This document shows, one piece after another, positions 50,115 to 59,730 of a DNA stretch of 64,000 nt (position 1 is its first letter; each line of letters begins with the position of its first letter). The stretch spans positions 800,001 through 864,000 of the forward strand of contig CAVXJS010000021.1 in assembly GCA_963762145.1 (NCBI GenBank), given 5' to 3'. The notes beneath the pieces were generated by a model. It had not been told where the DNA came from. It did not search any database and worked only from the letters and a program-made list of their open reading frames with translations. Made by a program: the position numbers and the translations under genes. The DNA is from an uncultured Candidatus Rokubacteria bacterium. Lineage in GTDB: Bacteria > Methylomirabilota > Methylomirabilia > Rokubacteriales > CSP1-6.

Positions 50115-50960
50115 ATGGTCGGCGAGCTGACCTGGCGCAAGCGAATCTTCGGTCTCTGGCTGCCGTTGCTGGCGTTCGTCGTGATCGCGCTGTTCCCGTT
50201 CACGTGGATGGCGGCCACCTCGCTCAAGACCAATGCCGAGCTGTACAACCCGAAGGCCAATCCGCTGACGATCCAGCACCCCTCGCTGGTCCACTACATC
50301 GACCTGCTGAAGGAGACCAACTTCCTGACCTGGGTGGTCAACACCATGCTGGTGGCCGGGGTCGCCACCTTCATCTCCCTGCTCCTCGGGAGCATGCTGG
50401 CCTACCCGCTGGCGCGCATGCGGTTCCGGGGCGCTCCGCTGCTGGCCATCGCGGTGGCGGTGACGTATCTGATCCCCCAGACGCTGCTGTTCGTTCCGAT
50501 GGCCGATCTCATCGGCCGGATGAAGCTGGGCAATACGCTCAGCGCGGTGATGCTGACCTACCCGACGCTGCTCGTGCCATTCATCGCCTGGCTGCTGATG
50601 GGATACTTCAAGACGGTGCCGAAGGAGCTCGAGGAGCAGGCCATGATCGACGGCGCGAGCCGCTGGCGCGCCATGACGAGGATCATCCTTCCGCTCTGCC
50701 TGCCCGGCTTCCTGTCCGCCGGGATCTTCGCCTTCACGCTGTCGCAGAACGAGTTTCTCTACGCGCTCCTCTTCCTCAGCAAGTCGAGCGTGCGGACCGT
50801 GCCGATCGGCGTGGTGGGCGAGCTGATCCGCGGCGACGCCTTCTACTGGGGCCAGCTGATGGCGGGGGCGCTGCTGGGCTCCATCCCGGTCGCGCTCATC
50901 TACTCCTTCTTCGTGAAGTACTACGTCGCCGGGCTCACCGCGGGGGCCGTCAAGGGGTAG
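50115..50960 (+). CDS. Carbohydrate ABC permease (MalG-type)
   Basis: VPKELEEQAMIDGA, WGQLMAG, GLTAGAVKG. Confidence 0.92.
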   Translation: MVGELTWRKRIFGLWLPLLAFVVIALFPFTWMAATSLKTNAELYNPKANPLTIQHPSLVHYIDLLKETNFLTWVVNTMLVAGVATFISLLLGSMLAYPLARMRFRGAPLLAIAVAVTYLIPQTLLFVPMADLIGRMKLGNTLSAVMLTYPTLLVPFIAWLLMGYFKTVPKELEEQAMIDGASRWRAMTRIILPLCLPGFLSAGIFAFTLSQNEFLYALLFLSKSSVRTVPIGVVGELIRGDAFYWGQLMAGALLGSIPVALIYSFFVKYYVAGLTAGAVKG

Positions 50961-50987
50961 CTCCGCCTGCCCCGGCGCCTGGTCACC

Positions 50988-51152
50988 GGCCGGACGCGGG
51001 CGGGGGTGGCGGGGGGTGGGGCTCTGACCACGACACGCTTTCTCGTCTTGTTGCGCGAGTAGTTCCCAATCTGGGATGGCTTGGCTCCGGCGTTCGTTGG
51101 CGGGAAACGGGTCACCCGCCCCACCCCCCGCCACCCCCGCCCGCGTCCGGCC
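50988..51152. mobile_element. MITE-like element with perfect 35-bp terminal inverted repeats
   Basis: GGCCGGACGCGGGCGGGGGTGGCGGGGGGTGGGGC (50988-51022) and its exact reverse complement (51118-51152); no target-site duplication seen. Confidence 0.5.
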
Positions 51153-51178
51153 TCCCGCGTGGTCTCTTTCTGCTTCAA

Positions 51179-51213
51179 CCCTCTCCCCTCTGGGGAGAGG
51201 GTAGGGTGAGGGG
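51179..51213 (-). repeat. Palindromic repeat, family B
   Basis: CCCTCTCCCC-TCT-GGGGAGAGGG-TAGGGTGAGGGG. Confidence 0.75.
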
Positions 51214-51224
51214 CGCTGGCTCGC

Positions 51225-52040
51225 CTACTTCACGCTTCCGGCGGTGAGGCCGCCCACGAGGTAGGGCTCGATCAGCGCGAAGAGAATCACCACTGGGACG
51301 ATGGCGATCGTCGAGGCGGCGAAGAGGAGGTCCCAGTGCTGGACGTAGGCGGTCACGTAGGAGGTGATGCCGACGGTGAGGGGGCGCATCGAGGCGTCGG
51401 TCATCAGGGTGAGCGCGACGATGTACTCGTTCCAGGCCGCGATGAAGGCGAAGATGCCCGCGGTCACGATCCCGGGCGCCGCCACCGGGAGGATGATGCG
51501 GAAGAGGGTGCCGGTTGTTCCGCAACCGTCCACCGCGGCGGCCTCCTCGATCTCGCGAGGGATGGAGGCGAAGAAGGCGCGGAGGATCCAGATCGCGAAG
51601 GCCAGGTTGAAGGCGGCGTTGACCGCGATGAGCGCGGCGTAGGTGTTGATGAGGCCGAGCTCGAAGAACTCGCGGTAGAGGCCCACCACCAGCGCGGTCG
51701 GCGCGAACATCTGGGTCACCAGGACCAGGAACAGGAAGGCGGCACGGCCCGGGAACCGATGGCGCGCGGTGTGGTACGCGGCGGGCACCGCGGCCACCAG
51801 CACCAGCAGCGTGGATACGATGGCCACCACCAGCGAGACGGTGAGCCAGGACTGGAACTCCGGATCGCGCAGCACCGTCCAGAAGTTCTGCGGCCGCCAC
51901 TCGAGCGGCAGGAGCCGCGGCGGGCTCACGCGCAGCTCGGCCTCCGGCTTGAGCGAGGTGAGGAGCATCACCGCGTACGGCGCCAGCAGCGCGCTGGCCA
52001 GCAGCCACCCCGCCGCGCCCAGCGCCGCCTTGCGGATCAG
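51225..52040 (-). CDS. Carbohydrate ABC permease (MalG-type), probable CTG start
   Basis: IPREIEEAAAVDG, AWNEY, GLTAGSVK; the first TM helix lies upstream of the first GTG/ATG. Confidence 0.88.
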   Translation of the reverse strand: MIRKAALGAAGWLLASALLAPYAVMLLTSLKPEAELRVSPPRLLPLEWRPQNFWTVLRDPEFQSWLTVSLVVAIVSTLLVLVAAVPAAYHTARHRFPGRAAFLFLVLVTQMFAPTALVVGLYREFFELGLINTYAALIAVNAAFNLAFAIWILRAFFASIPREIEEAAAVDGCGTTGTLFRIILPVAAPGIVTAGIFAFIAAWNEYIVALTLMTDASMRPLTVGITSYVTAYVQHWDLLFAASTIAIVPVVILFALIEPYLVGGLTAGSVK

Positions 52041-52930
52041 ACCGGCTCCTCCCGCCAGCGCGCCACCCGCAGGTAGGCGACCACCGCGGCCAGGATCAGC
52101 AGCACGTTGACCACACCCAGCGCGGCGGCCAGGCCCACGTCCCGGAGCGCGCTCTTGAACGCGATCTTGTACATGAACGTGATCATCGTGTCATGGGCGA
52201 AGCCGGGGTTGCGGTCGTTGAGCGTCCACACGATCGGAAAGGAGTTGAACACGTAGATCAGGTTCAGCACCGCGGCCACCAGCAGCGCGGGCCGGAGCAG
52301 CGGCAGCGTGATCAGGCGGTAGCTGCGCCAGCCCGCCGCCCCGTCCACCCGGGCCGCCTCGTAGACCTCGCCCGGAATGGTCTGGAGCCCCGCGAGCAGG
52401 ACGTAGGTCGTGAACGGCAGCGACACGAAGACCCCGACCGCGATCATCGCCGCCATCACGGTGCGGTCGTCGCCCAGCCAGTCGATCGGCGCCAGGCCCG
52501 CCGCGGCGGTCACGCGGTTGAGCAGGCCGAAGTAGTAGTCGTAGATCCACACGAAGAGCTTCGAGGTCATGATGAGAGAGGCGGCCCACGGCACGATGAG
52601 CGCCCACCGCACGAGCCGGCGGCCCGGGAAGGACTCGTTCAGGAGCTGGGCCAGGCCGAGCGAGAGCGCGACGGTGACCGCCACCACCGCCACGACCCAC
52701 ACCACGGTGTTCGCGGCCACCCCGGGCAGCGCCTCCTGCTCGACCAGGCGCGCGTAGTTGCGCAGGCCCACCGCGCCCTGGTAGAGGCCGGTGATCGAGT
52801 AGCGGCCGAGGGAAGCGCGGACGAGCTCGACCGCGGGATAGATCACCACCGCCGCGATCAGCAGGAGGCTCGGGCCGAGCCACAGGAGCGCCCGGCCCGC
52901 GCCCGGGCCCCGCGGGCGCGGCCCCGTCAG
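52037..52930 (-). CDS. Carbohydrate ABC permease (MalF-type), probable CTG start
   Basis: LAGLQTIPGEVYEAARVDGA. Confidence 0.88.
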   Translation of the reverse strand: MTGPRPRGPGAGRALLWLGPSLLLIAAVVIYPAVELVRASLGRYSITGLYQGAVGLRNYARLVEQEALPGVAANTVVWVVAVVAVTVALSLGLAQLLNESFPGRRLVRWALIVPWAASLIMTSKLFVWIYDYYFGLLNRVTAAAGLAPIDWLGDDRTVMAAMIAVGVFVSLPFTTYVLLAGLQTIPGEVYEAARVDGAAGWRSYRLITLPLLRPALLVAAVLNLIYVFNSFPIVWTLNDRNPGFAHDTMITFMYKIAFKSALRDVGLAAALGVVNVLLILAAVVAYLRVARWREEPV

Positions 52931-54162
52931 CGAGCGCTCTCCGCCGCGTTCTTCTGGAGGCGGTCGAGTACCTGCTTCGGATCGCCGCCCGGCTGGACCG
53001 CCGCGCCGATGCTCTGCTGGACGTCGAGCTTCACCTTGTCCCAGGTGGGGTCGGTGGTGGGCGCCAGCCGCGCGCTCGGCAGCGCGTCGAGATACGGCTT
53101 GAGCTTCTCGTTGCCGCTCATGCGCTCGCGGCCCGACTTGGTCACGGGCAGGAAGCCTTCGGCGGTGATCCAGCGCGTGATCTGCTCGGGCTGATAGTAG
53201 AGGTCGAGGAACTGGCGCACCGCCTCCTGGTTGCCCTTCTTCTTGAAGGCCATCAGGTAGTCCTCGACCCCGAGAGTCACCGGCGTTCCCACGTTGGTCG
53301 GCATCTGGGTGACGCCGTAATTCACCTTCTTCTCGGCGTCGAGCTGCGCGGCGAGTGGGCTGAACCCCATGACCATGCCGACCTTGCCGTCCTTGAAGAG
53401 CTGGAACGCGCCGTCGGTGCGGTTGGTCTTGCCCGGATTGATCTGGGTCACCTTGTGGGTGTTGGCGAGCGCGGCCAGGAACTGGAGCGTCTGCACGTTC
53501 TTCTCGCTGTTGATCGTCCACGCCTCGCCGCTCTTCCAGTCGCCGCTGTTGTTCCACATCCAGATGGACCACTCGGCCTGCGCCTCCTCCGGCCCGAGCG
53601 GCAGCGCGTAGCCGATCGTCCCGTCCCCCAGGGCCTGCACCCGCTTCGCGGCCGACACGAACTCGTCCCAGGTCCGCGGCGGCGCGGCCACCCCGGCCCG
53701 GGCGAGCAGGTCGCGGTTGTAGAAGAACGCGCGCGCGCTGGCCAGGATCGGGAAGCCGTAGAGCTTGTCGCGATAGGTGCCGCCGCGCGCGAACGCTTCG
53801 AGGAAATCGTCCCGCGTCTTGGGCGACAGGGCCTCGTCGCCCGAATAGAGGAGGCCGTCCTTGGCGTAGCTGGAGAACGAGTTGAGGTTGAGCACGTCGG
53901 GCGGCTGGTTGTTCTGGATCATGGTGCTGACCTGCTGATCGATGGAGTTCCAGTCGATCACCTGCAGGTCGACCTTGACCCCGGTCTGCTTGGTGTACTG
54001 GTCGGCCAGAGCCTGCCAGAATGGACGGGTATGGTCGCGGCTGTACTCCGCGATGACCACCTTGATGGACTGGGGCTTGTCGCCGCCGCAGCCGCCGGGG
54101 GCGAAGGCGGCCACGCCGAGGACGACGAGGGCCAGGAAACCGCGGCGCGTCATCGAGCCCAT
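52927..54162 (-). CDS. CUT1 ABC substrate-binding (lipo)protein
   Basis: TRRGFL...GGC leader, FYNRDLL, PPRTWDEF. Confidence 0.9.
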   Translation of the reverse strand: MGSMTRRGFLALVVLGVAAFAPGGCGGDKPQSIKVVIAEYSRDHTRPFWQALADQYTKQTGVKVDLQVIDWNSIDQQVSTMIQNNQPPDVLNLNSFSSYAKDGLLYSGDEALSPKTRDDFLEAFARGGTYRDKLYGFPILASARAFFYNRDLLARAGVAAPPRTWDEFVSAAKRVQALGDGTIGYALPLGPEEAQAEWSIWMWNNSGDWKSGEAWTINSEKNVQTLQFLAALANTHKVTQINPGKTNRTDGAFQLFKDGKVGMVMGFSPLAAQLDAEKKVNYGVTQMPTNVGTPVTLGVEDYLMAFKKKGNQEAVRQFLDLYYQPEQITRWITAEGFLPVTKSGRERMSGNEKLKPYLDALPSARLAPTTDPTWDKVKLDVQQSIGAAVQPGGDPKQVLDRLQKNAAESAR

Positions 54163-54268
54163 ACTACAAAAGATCCGCCCCGGGGCGTAAGTCTTCCCGC
54201 ACAGCCCGCCCGCACATGCATAGAATGGGATGTCTCACTACTGCTGGCCCCATGGGAGGTTATCCCCG

Positions 54269-54682
54269 ATGCCAATGACACGTGTCCTCATCGTCGGCGC
54301 GCTCGTGCTGATGCTGACGTCGTGCGCCTCGTCCGGTCCGGCGCGGCAGCGGAGCGAGTTCGAGGACGTCCCGGTTCCCGCGGGCCTCACCCTGGACCAG
54401 GACCGGACCACCATCATCGAGTCGCCGACCGTGAAGGCGGCGCGCCTCTTCTACAAGAGCCGCATCAAGCCCGAGAGCCTCGGCCTCGCCTACCGGTCCT
54501 CGCTCGAGGCCAACGGATGGCGACACGTGTCCTCCACGACGTCGTCCTCCAAGGGCACGACCCAGGTCTACGAGAAGCAGGACAGCTCGCTGCAGATCAT
54601 GATCTACGAGGGGTGGTACTACACGTGGACCGAGGTCTCGACGACCCGGATCGTCGGGCGTCCGCCCGCGCCGAGCCGGTAG
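54269..54682 (+). CDS. Hypothetical lipoprotein
   Basis: GGAGG SD, lipobox LTSC, FEDVPVP. Confidence 0.75.
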   Translation: MPMTRVLIVGALVLMLTSCASSGPARQRSEFEDVPVPAGLTLDQDRTTIIESPTVKAARLFYKSRIKPESLGLAYRSSLEANGWRHVSSTTSSSKGTTQVYEKQDSSLQIMIYEGWYYTWTEVSTTRIVGRPPAPSR

Positions 54683-54699
54683 CCACCAAGGAGGACGCC

Positions 54700-55323
54700 A
54701 TGAGGAAGCGAATGGGAGTTCTGTCCCCGGCCCTGCTGTGGCTGGTCACGGGCTGCGCGGCCACCGAGCCGGCCTACGTCACGCCGGTTCCGGCCGCGCA
54801 ACCGACCCGCACGGCGCAGGCGGACGAGCGCGTCGCCGCTGTCGAGAAGCGCGTGAACGAGATGGGCCAGCGCGTGGAGACCCTCGAAGGCGGCGTCGCG
54901 AGCGCGCAGAGCCGGGCCGACGAGGCCGCCCGGAAGGCGGAAGGCGTGGACGGCCGGCTCACGCGCCTCTGGTCGAACCGCTTCAACCAGAAGACGGCCG
55001 ACAGCCTCGAGGTGTTTTTCTCGCCCGATAGCATCGACCTGAGCGATGCGGCCCAGACCGCCCTCACCGCGGTCGTGGCCGAGATGAAGGCGCATCCGAC
55101 CCTGACCGTCGAGCTGGGCGGCTACACCGACCCGCGGGGCGCCCTCGACTACAACTACGCACTGAGCCAGCGGCGGGTCGACGCCGTCCGTCGCTTTCTG
55201 ATGGACCGGGGCATCCAGCTCGCGCGGATCCAGTCGGCCAGCCTCGGGCCGATCTCCAGCACCGACATTCCAGACGTGAAGAAGCGGCGGGTCACCCTGC
55301 GCCTCATGGTCGACCAGGAGTAG
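54700..55323 (+). CDS. OmpA-C-like peptidoglycan-binding lipoprotein with coiled coil
   Basis: Lipobox VTGC; GYTDPRG..DYNYALSQRRVDAV; RRV. Confidence 0.88.
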   Translation: MRKRMGVLSPALLWLVTGCAATEPAYVTPVPAAQPTRTAQADERVAAVEKRVNEMGQRVETLEGGVASAQSRADEAARKAEGVDGRLTRLWSNRFNQKTADSLEVFFSPDSIDLSDAAQTALTAVVAEMKAHPTLTVELGGYTDPRGALDYNYALSQRRVDAVRRFLMDRGIQLARIQSASLGPISSTDIPDVKKRRVTLRLMVDQE

Positions 55324-55331
55324 CGCCCGGG

Positions 55332-55691
55332 GTGCAACCCGACGACGAACCGGCCGCGTCGTGCACGCGCGGGGGCGCGCGGAGCCCGTGGCGAGCGGCC
55401 GCCGCGGCCACGCTCGTCACGCTGCTCCTGGCGGGCTGTGCGGCCACCCAGCCCGGCCTCGTCAAGCGCCCGCCGCCGCAGCCGCCGCGGCGGGCCGAGA
55501 TCGCGCCGGTGGCGCCCACGCGCGCCCACGTCTGGGTGCCCGGCCAGTGGGCGTGGCACCAAGAGCGCTACGTGTGGGTGCCGGGGCGCTGGGAGGTGCC
55601 GCCCGCCCCGGGACTCACATGGGTCCCGGGCGGCTGGATGCCGCGGGAGGGCGCGTTCGTCTGGGTTGAGGGGTACTGGCGCGCTCGCTGA
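55332..55691 (+). CDS. YXWGXW-repeat lipoprotein (start uncertain)
   Basis: LAGC lipobox; WVPGQW, WVPGRW, WVPGGW, WVEGYW. Confidence 0.85.
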   Translation: MQPDDEPAASCTRGGARSPWRAAAAATLVTLLLAGCAATQPGLVKRPPPQPPRRAEIAPVAPTRAHVWVPGQWAWHQERYVWVPGRWEVPPAPGLTWVPGGWMPREGAFVWVEGYWRAR

Positions 55692-55719
55692 GTGGGCGCC
55701 GCGAAGGTCGCGAGCCGCC

Positions 55720-57087
55720 TCACGGCCAGAGCTCCTTGCCCTCCGCGGCGGGCAGCGCGAGGTTGAGACGGCGCGCGAGCGTGGTCGCGATGTCCCGCAT
55801 GTCGATGAGGCCGAGCGCGCGGCCGGCCGGCACGCCCGGCCCCACCACGAAGAAGGACGCGTGCAGGTCGGGTAGGTCCGGCAGGTGACCGTGCATGCCC
55901 GCCATCGCCGGTTTGCCCACCAGCGGGCCGGTCAGGCTCGAGCCCGCGTGCCAGTCCGGCTTGAGCCCGACGACGAACGCGGCGGTGGGAAATCCGCCGC
56001 GAGCCCGGAGCGCGGCCGCGTCCAGCACGCGATCGATCCCGTGCGCGGGATCGGCGGCCAGGCGGTCGAGCAGGGCCCGGACCGTCGCCAGGGTGTCCGC
56101 GTCGGCCGGATCCTTCAGCACGACCGCGATCGTGCCGCCGGCCGTCCACGACATCGCCTTCCAGTCGGTGACCTTGCCCGCGCTCACCGTGACCAGCCCC
56201 GCGCGGCGCAGCTCGGCGAGCAGGTTGAGCTCCATCGTGGTCTTGCCGAAGCCGTGGTCCGACACGATCGCGACGTGGGCACCCCCCGGGGCCACCGTCT
56301 CCGCGGATGCGCGCAGCGTGCCGACGAGCGTGTCGATCCGCTCGAGCACCGCCATGGTCTCGGCCGTGAACGGCCCGGTGACGTGCTGCACGTGATCGAG
56401 CGCGATGAGATGCAGCGTCAACAGGTTGGGCCGCTTCTTCTCGAGAATGCGCACCGCGTACCGCACGCGCTGCTCGTCCGACTCCACGGTGAGCGCGCGC
56501 GGATAAGGGCCGAGCTCCAGCTCGAGCTCGGCGAGCAGGCCCGGGGTGGACACCGCCCGGAGGAGCTTGGCGTCGTCGGGCGCGCCCGACCGCCAGAACT
56601 CGGGAATGTTCCAGGTCACGCGCGCGCCCACGCTGGCCGGCCACTGCACGCTGGCGGTGCTGAGCCCCGCGCGCGCCGCCGCGTCCCAGAGGGTGGCCAC
56701 CCGGATGTCCTCGCTGTACCAGTACCAGCCGCTCTGGTTCTCGCGCAACGGGTCGAACGTGAGATTGGCGTGGATCCCGTGAGTGGCCGGCGAGACACCG
56801 GTGATCAGCGTGGTGTGGCTCGGGTAGGTGACGGTGGGGATCACGCCCACCACGCCCTGGGCGAAGGCGCCCTCCCGGAGGAAGCGGCGCAGGTTCGGGA
56901 TCTTCGCGCCGTACGCGTCGGCGGCGGTCACGTAGTCGGGCCGGAGCCCGTCGATCGAGATCATGACGAGCAGCGGGGTCTGCACCGGCTGCTGCGCCGC
57001 CGCCCCCCCGACCAGGACCAGCACCGCGGCCACCAGGAGGAGGGCCCGCGGCGCGAGCCTGACCTGGCGGAGCCGGTCGGGTATCAT
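55720..57087 (-). CDS. Alkaline phosphatase superfamily nucleotide pyrophosphatase/phosphodiesterase
   Basis: ISIDGLRPD, PTVTYPSH, DHVQH, SDHG, MHG. Confidence 0.9.
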   Translation of the reverse strand: MIPDRLRQVRLAPRALLLVAAVLVLVGGAAAQQPVQTPLLVMISIDGLRPDYVTAADAYGAKIPNLRRFLREGAFAQGVVGVIPTVTYPSHTTLITGVSPATHGIHANLTFDPLRENQSGWYWYSEDIRVATLWDAAARAGLSTASVQWPASVGARVTWNIPEFWRSGAPDDAKLLRAVSTPGLLAELELELGPYPRALTVESDEQRVRYAVRILEKKRPNLLTLHLIALDHVQHVTGPFTAETMAVLERIDTLVGTLRASAETVAPGGAHVAIVSDHGFGKTTMELNLLAELRRAGLVTVSAGKVTDWKAMSWTAGGTIAVVLKDPADADTLATVRALLDRLAADPAHGIDRVLDAAALRARGGFPTAAFVVGLKPDWHAGSSLTGPLVGKPAMAGMHGHLPDLPDLHASFFVVGPGVPAGRALGLIDMRDIATTLARRLNLALPAAEGKELWP

Positions 57088-57124
57088 GGCGCCCACAGCA
57101 TATAGCACGGGCGCGGAGAGGACC

Positions 57125-57454
57125 ATGACGAGGCGGGCGACGGGCGTGGTGGGCATGCTGCTGCTGATCGCGACGCATGCGGGGCCGGCCTCCGCCCAGG
57201 AGGCGGAGAAGATGGCGATGGCGCGGGTCCGGCTCACCACCGAGCCCGGCCTCACCCAGGGCTGCGAGCGCGTCGGCACCACGCGCGACAACTCGATCAG
57301 GGACCTCCGGCGCAAGATCGTGAAGATGGGCGGCAACACCGCGGTCCTCGCCTTCGGCGGCAGCGAGGATCTCGCCATGGTCTACGCGGAAGTGTTCCGC
57401 TGCGGCGACCTGCCCGCCAGCGCGCCGGGCACCGCGCCGGCCCCGGCCCGCTGA
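57125..57454 (+). CDS. Small secreted hypothetical protein
   Basis: Signal peptide; GCERVG...MGGNT...AEVFRC. Confidence 0.65.
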   Translation: MTRRATGVVGMLLLIATHAGPASAQEAEKMAMARVRLTTEPGLTQGCERVGTTRDNSIRDLRRKIVKMGGNTAVLAFGGSEDLAMVYAEVFRCGDLPASAPGTAPAPAR

Positions 57455-57455
57455 C

Positions 57456-58223
57456 ATGGCCTGGGATCCCGCGCAGTACCTGAAGTTCGCCGACCACCGG
57501 CTGCGGCCGGCCATCGACCTGCTGAGCCGCGTCGGCCTCCCGCACCCGGGCGAGATCTACGACCTCGGCGCGGGCGCCGGCAACGTCACGCGCCTCATCA
57601 AGGAGCGCTGGCCCGAGGCGCGCGTCACCGGGGTGGACGACTCGCCGGCCATGCTCGCCAAGGCCGCGGCCACCGCCCCCGCGATCATCTGGGAGCAGGC
57701 GGACCTGGCCACCTGGAGGCCGGCGCGGCCGGCCGATCTCGTCTACTCGAACGCGGCGCTCCACTGGCTCACCGGGCACGAGCGGTTGTTCCCGGCCCTG
57801 CTCGCGACCCTGGCGCCCGCGGGGGTGCTGGCGGTCCAGATGCCGCGTAACTTCGGGGCACCGTCGCACACGCTGATCTCGGAGGCCGCGCGCGGCGGGC
57901 CGTGGCGCGCGACCCTCGAGCCCCTGCTCCGGCCGGCGCCGGTGGCCGATCCCGATTTCTACTACGACGCGCTCGCCTCCCGCGCCGCGACGCTCGATAT
58001 CTGGGAGACGGAGTACCTGCAGATTCTCGAGGGCGCCGATCCGGTCAAGGAGTGGACCAAGGGCACCTGGCTCAAGCCGCTGCTCGACGCGCTGGAGGAG
58101 CCGGAGCGGAGCCGCTTCGAGGCGCGGTACGCGGAGCTGGTGGCCCACGCCTATCCCCCGCGTCCGGACGGGCGCACGCTCTTTCCGTTCCGGCGCCTCT
58201 TCATCGTGGCCCGGGCGCGCTGA
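57456..58223 (+). CDS. tam: Trans-aconitate 2-methyltransferase
   Basis: WDPAQYLKF...RPAIDLL, DLGAGAGN, SNAALHW, AVQMP, FPFRRLFIVA. Confidence 0.9.
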   Translation: MAWDPAQYLKFADHRLRPAIDLLSRVGLPHPGEIYDLGAGAGNVTRLIKERWPEARVTGVDDSPAMLAKAAATAPAIIWEQADLATWRPARPADLVYSNAALHWLTGHERLFPALLATLAPAGVLAVQMPRNFGAPSHTLISEAARGGPWRATLEPLLRPAPVADPDFYYDALASRAATLDIWETEYLQILEGADPVKEWTKGTWLKPLLDALEEPERSRFEARYAELVAHAYPPRPDGRTLFPFRRLFIVARAR

Positions 58224-58230
58224 GGACCGC

Positions 58231-59358
58231 ATGAAGATCGACGCGATCGACGTCTACTGGATGAGGCTCCCGCTCGCCTTCGTGTGGAAGACGTCCTACG
58301 CCGACCAGTCCGTCACCGACACCATCCTGGTGCGGATGGAGGGCGGCGGCCACGAGGCGTGGGGCGAGAGCTGCCCGCCGTTCATCCCGGGCTACTCCGC
58401 CGAGCACACCCTCGCCGTCTTCCACACCCTGCGCGAGCACATGGTCCCGCGCATCATCGGCCAGGACATCGAGACCGCCCGGGACCTGCTCGACCGGCTG
58501 GCCTTCATCAAGGGCAACCAGTTCGCGCGGGCCGCGCTCGACATCGCCTGGTGGGTGCTGGACGCCAAGCGGCGCGGCCTGCCGCTGCACCGCGCCCTCG
58601 GGGGGACCGCGGACCGGGTCGCGGTCGGCGCCGACTTCGGGATCCAGGATTCGCTCGACCTCCTGATGGAGAAGATCCAGGGCGCGATCGACGCCGGCTT
58701 CCCGCGGGTCAAGCTCAAGTTCCGGCCCGGCTGGGATCTGTTCATGGTGGAGGCGGTCCGGTCCACCTTCCCCGACTTCACCTTTCACATCGACTGCAAC
58801 GCGGCCTACACGCCCGCGGACACCGAGCTCTTCCGGAAGCTCGACCGGTTCCGGCTCGCCATGATCGAGCAGCCCCTGGCCGACGACGGCATGAGCCTGG
58901 TCAACCACGCGGACCTGCAGCAGCGGATCGGGACGCCGGTCTGCCTCGACGAGAGCGCCCAGAGCCTGGCCCACGTGCAGGCGGCGATTCGCCTCAAGAG
59001 CTGCCGGGTCGTGAACATCAAGATGGCGCGGGTGGGCGGGCTCACCGAGTCGCGGGAGATCCAGGCCCTGTGCGCCCAGCACGACATCCCCTGCTGGGTG
59101 GGCGGCATGCTGGAGAGCGCGATCGGCGGAGCCATCTGCGCCGAGCTGGCCACCCTGCCCAACTTCACCTACGCGGGCGACATCTTCCCGTCCTCGTACT
59201 TCTACGCGAACGATCTCGGCAAGCCCGAGATCGTGCTGAGCGGCCGCGGCGAGGTCGCCACGTCCCGGGTGCCGGGCATCGCTCAGGCGCCCGATCCCGA
59301 GCTGCTCAAGCGCTGGACCGCCGAGCACGCGGCGTTTCGCCCCGCCTCGACCCGGTAA
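58231..59358 (+). CDS. menC: o-succinylbenzoate synthase / N-acylamino acid racemase (enolase superfamily)
   Basis: KLKFRPGWD, DCN, IEQP, LDES, NIK, GGMLES, GD. Confidence 0.8.
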   Translation: MKIDAIDVYWMRLPLAFVWKTSYADQSVTDTILVRMEGGGHEAWGESCPPFIPGYSAEHTLAVFHTLREHMVPRIIGQDIETARDLLDRLAFIKGNQFARAALDIAWWVLDAKRRGLPLHRALGGTADRVAVGADFGIQDSLDLLMEKIQGAIDAGFPRVKLKFRPGWDLFMVEAVRSTFPDFTFHIDCNAAYTPADTELFRKLDRFRLAMIEQPLADDGMSLVNHADLQQRIGTPVCLDESAQSLAHVQAAIRLKSCRVVNIKMARVGGLTESREIQALCAQHDIPCWVGGMLESAIGGAICAELATLPNFTYAGDIFPSSYFYANDLGKPEIVLSGRGEVATSRVPGIAQAPDPELLKRWTAEHAAFRPASTR

Positions 59359-59428
59359 GAACGCCCGGATCCGATCAGCGTTCGCTTGCGCGGGCTGGTT
59401 TATCGCCGCCTTTCGCGAACCGCGTTCG

Positions 59429-59444
59429 TGGCATCTCAGTTGCT
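59429..59444 (+). promoter_or_regulatory. Putative sigma-54 promoter
   Basis: TGGCAT-CTCAG-TTGCT, near consensus. Confidence 0.65.
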
Positions 59445-59529
59445 TGTGAGTGAATGGCATGAGTTCTTCATCGAGCTGCCATCACGGTGTCGCAGGCGGG
59501 CGCTACGGTTTGGTCTACGGAGGCCGATC

Positions 59530-59724
59530 ATGAACGTTCGCGAAAACGCGGCGAGGATCGCGACACAGTTCGAGGGCCGATGCACCTGCGCAGCCATGGA
59601 CGGCGGCGTGGATTGCCCCTGGTGCCAGGTCTTCTACGACGTGCTCCAGGGGTTTCCGATCACCCCACCTCCCGCCCCGCGGGGCGGCGCCCCGGAACGG
59701 CGGCTGTCACCCACCGCGGCCTGA
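59530..59724 (+). CDS. 64-aa Cys-rich small protein
   Basis: GGAGG SD; CTC...CPWC. Confidence 0.65.
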   Translation: MNVRENAARIATQFEGRCTCAAMDGGVDCPWCQVFYDVLQGFPITPPPAPRGGAPERRLSPTAA

Positions 59725-59730
59725 CCGGGG

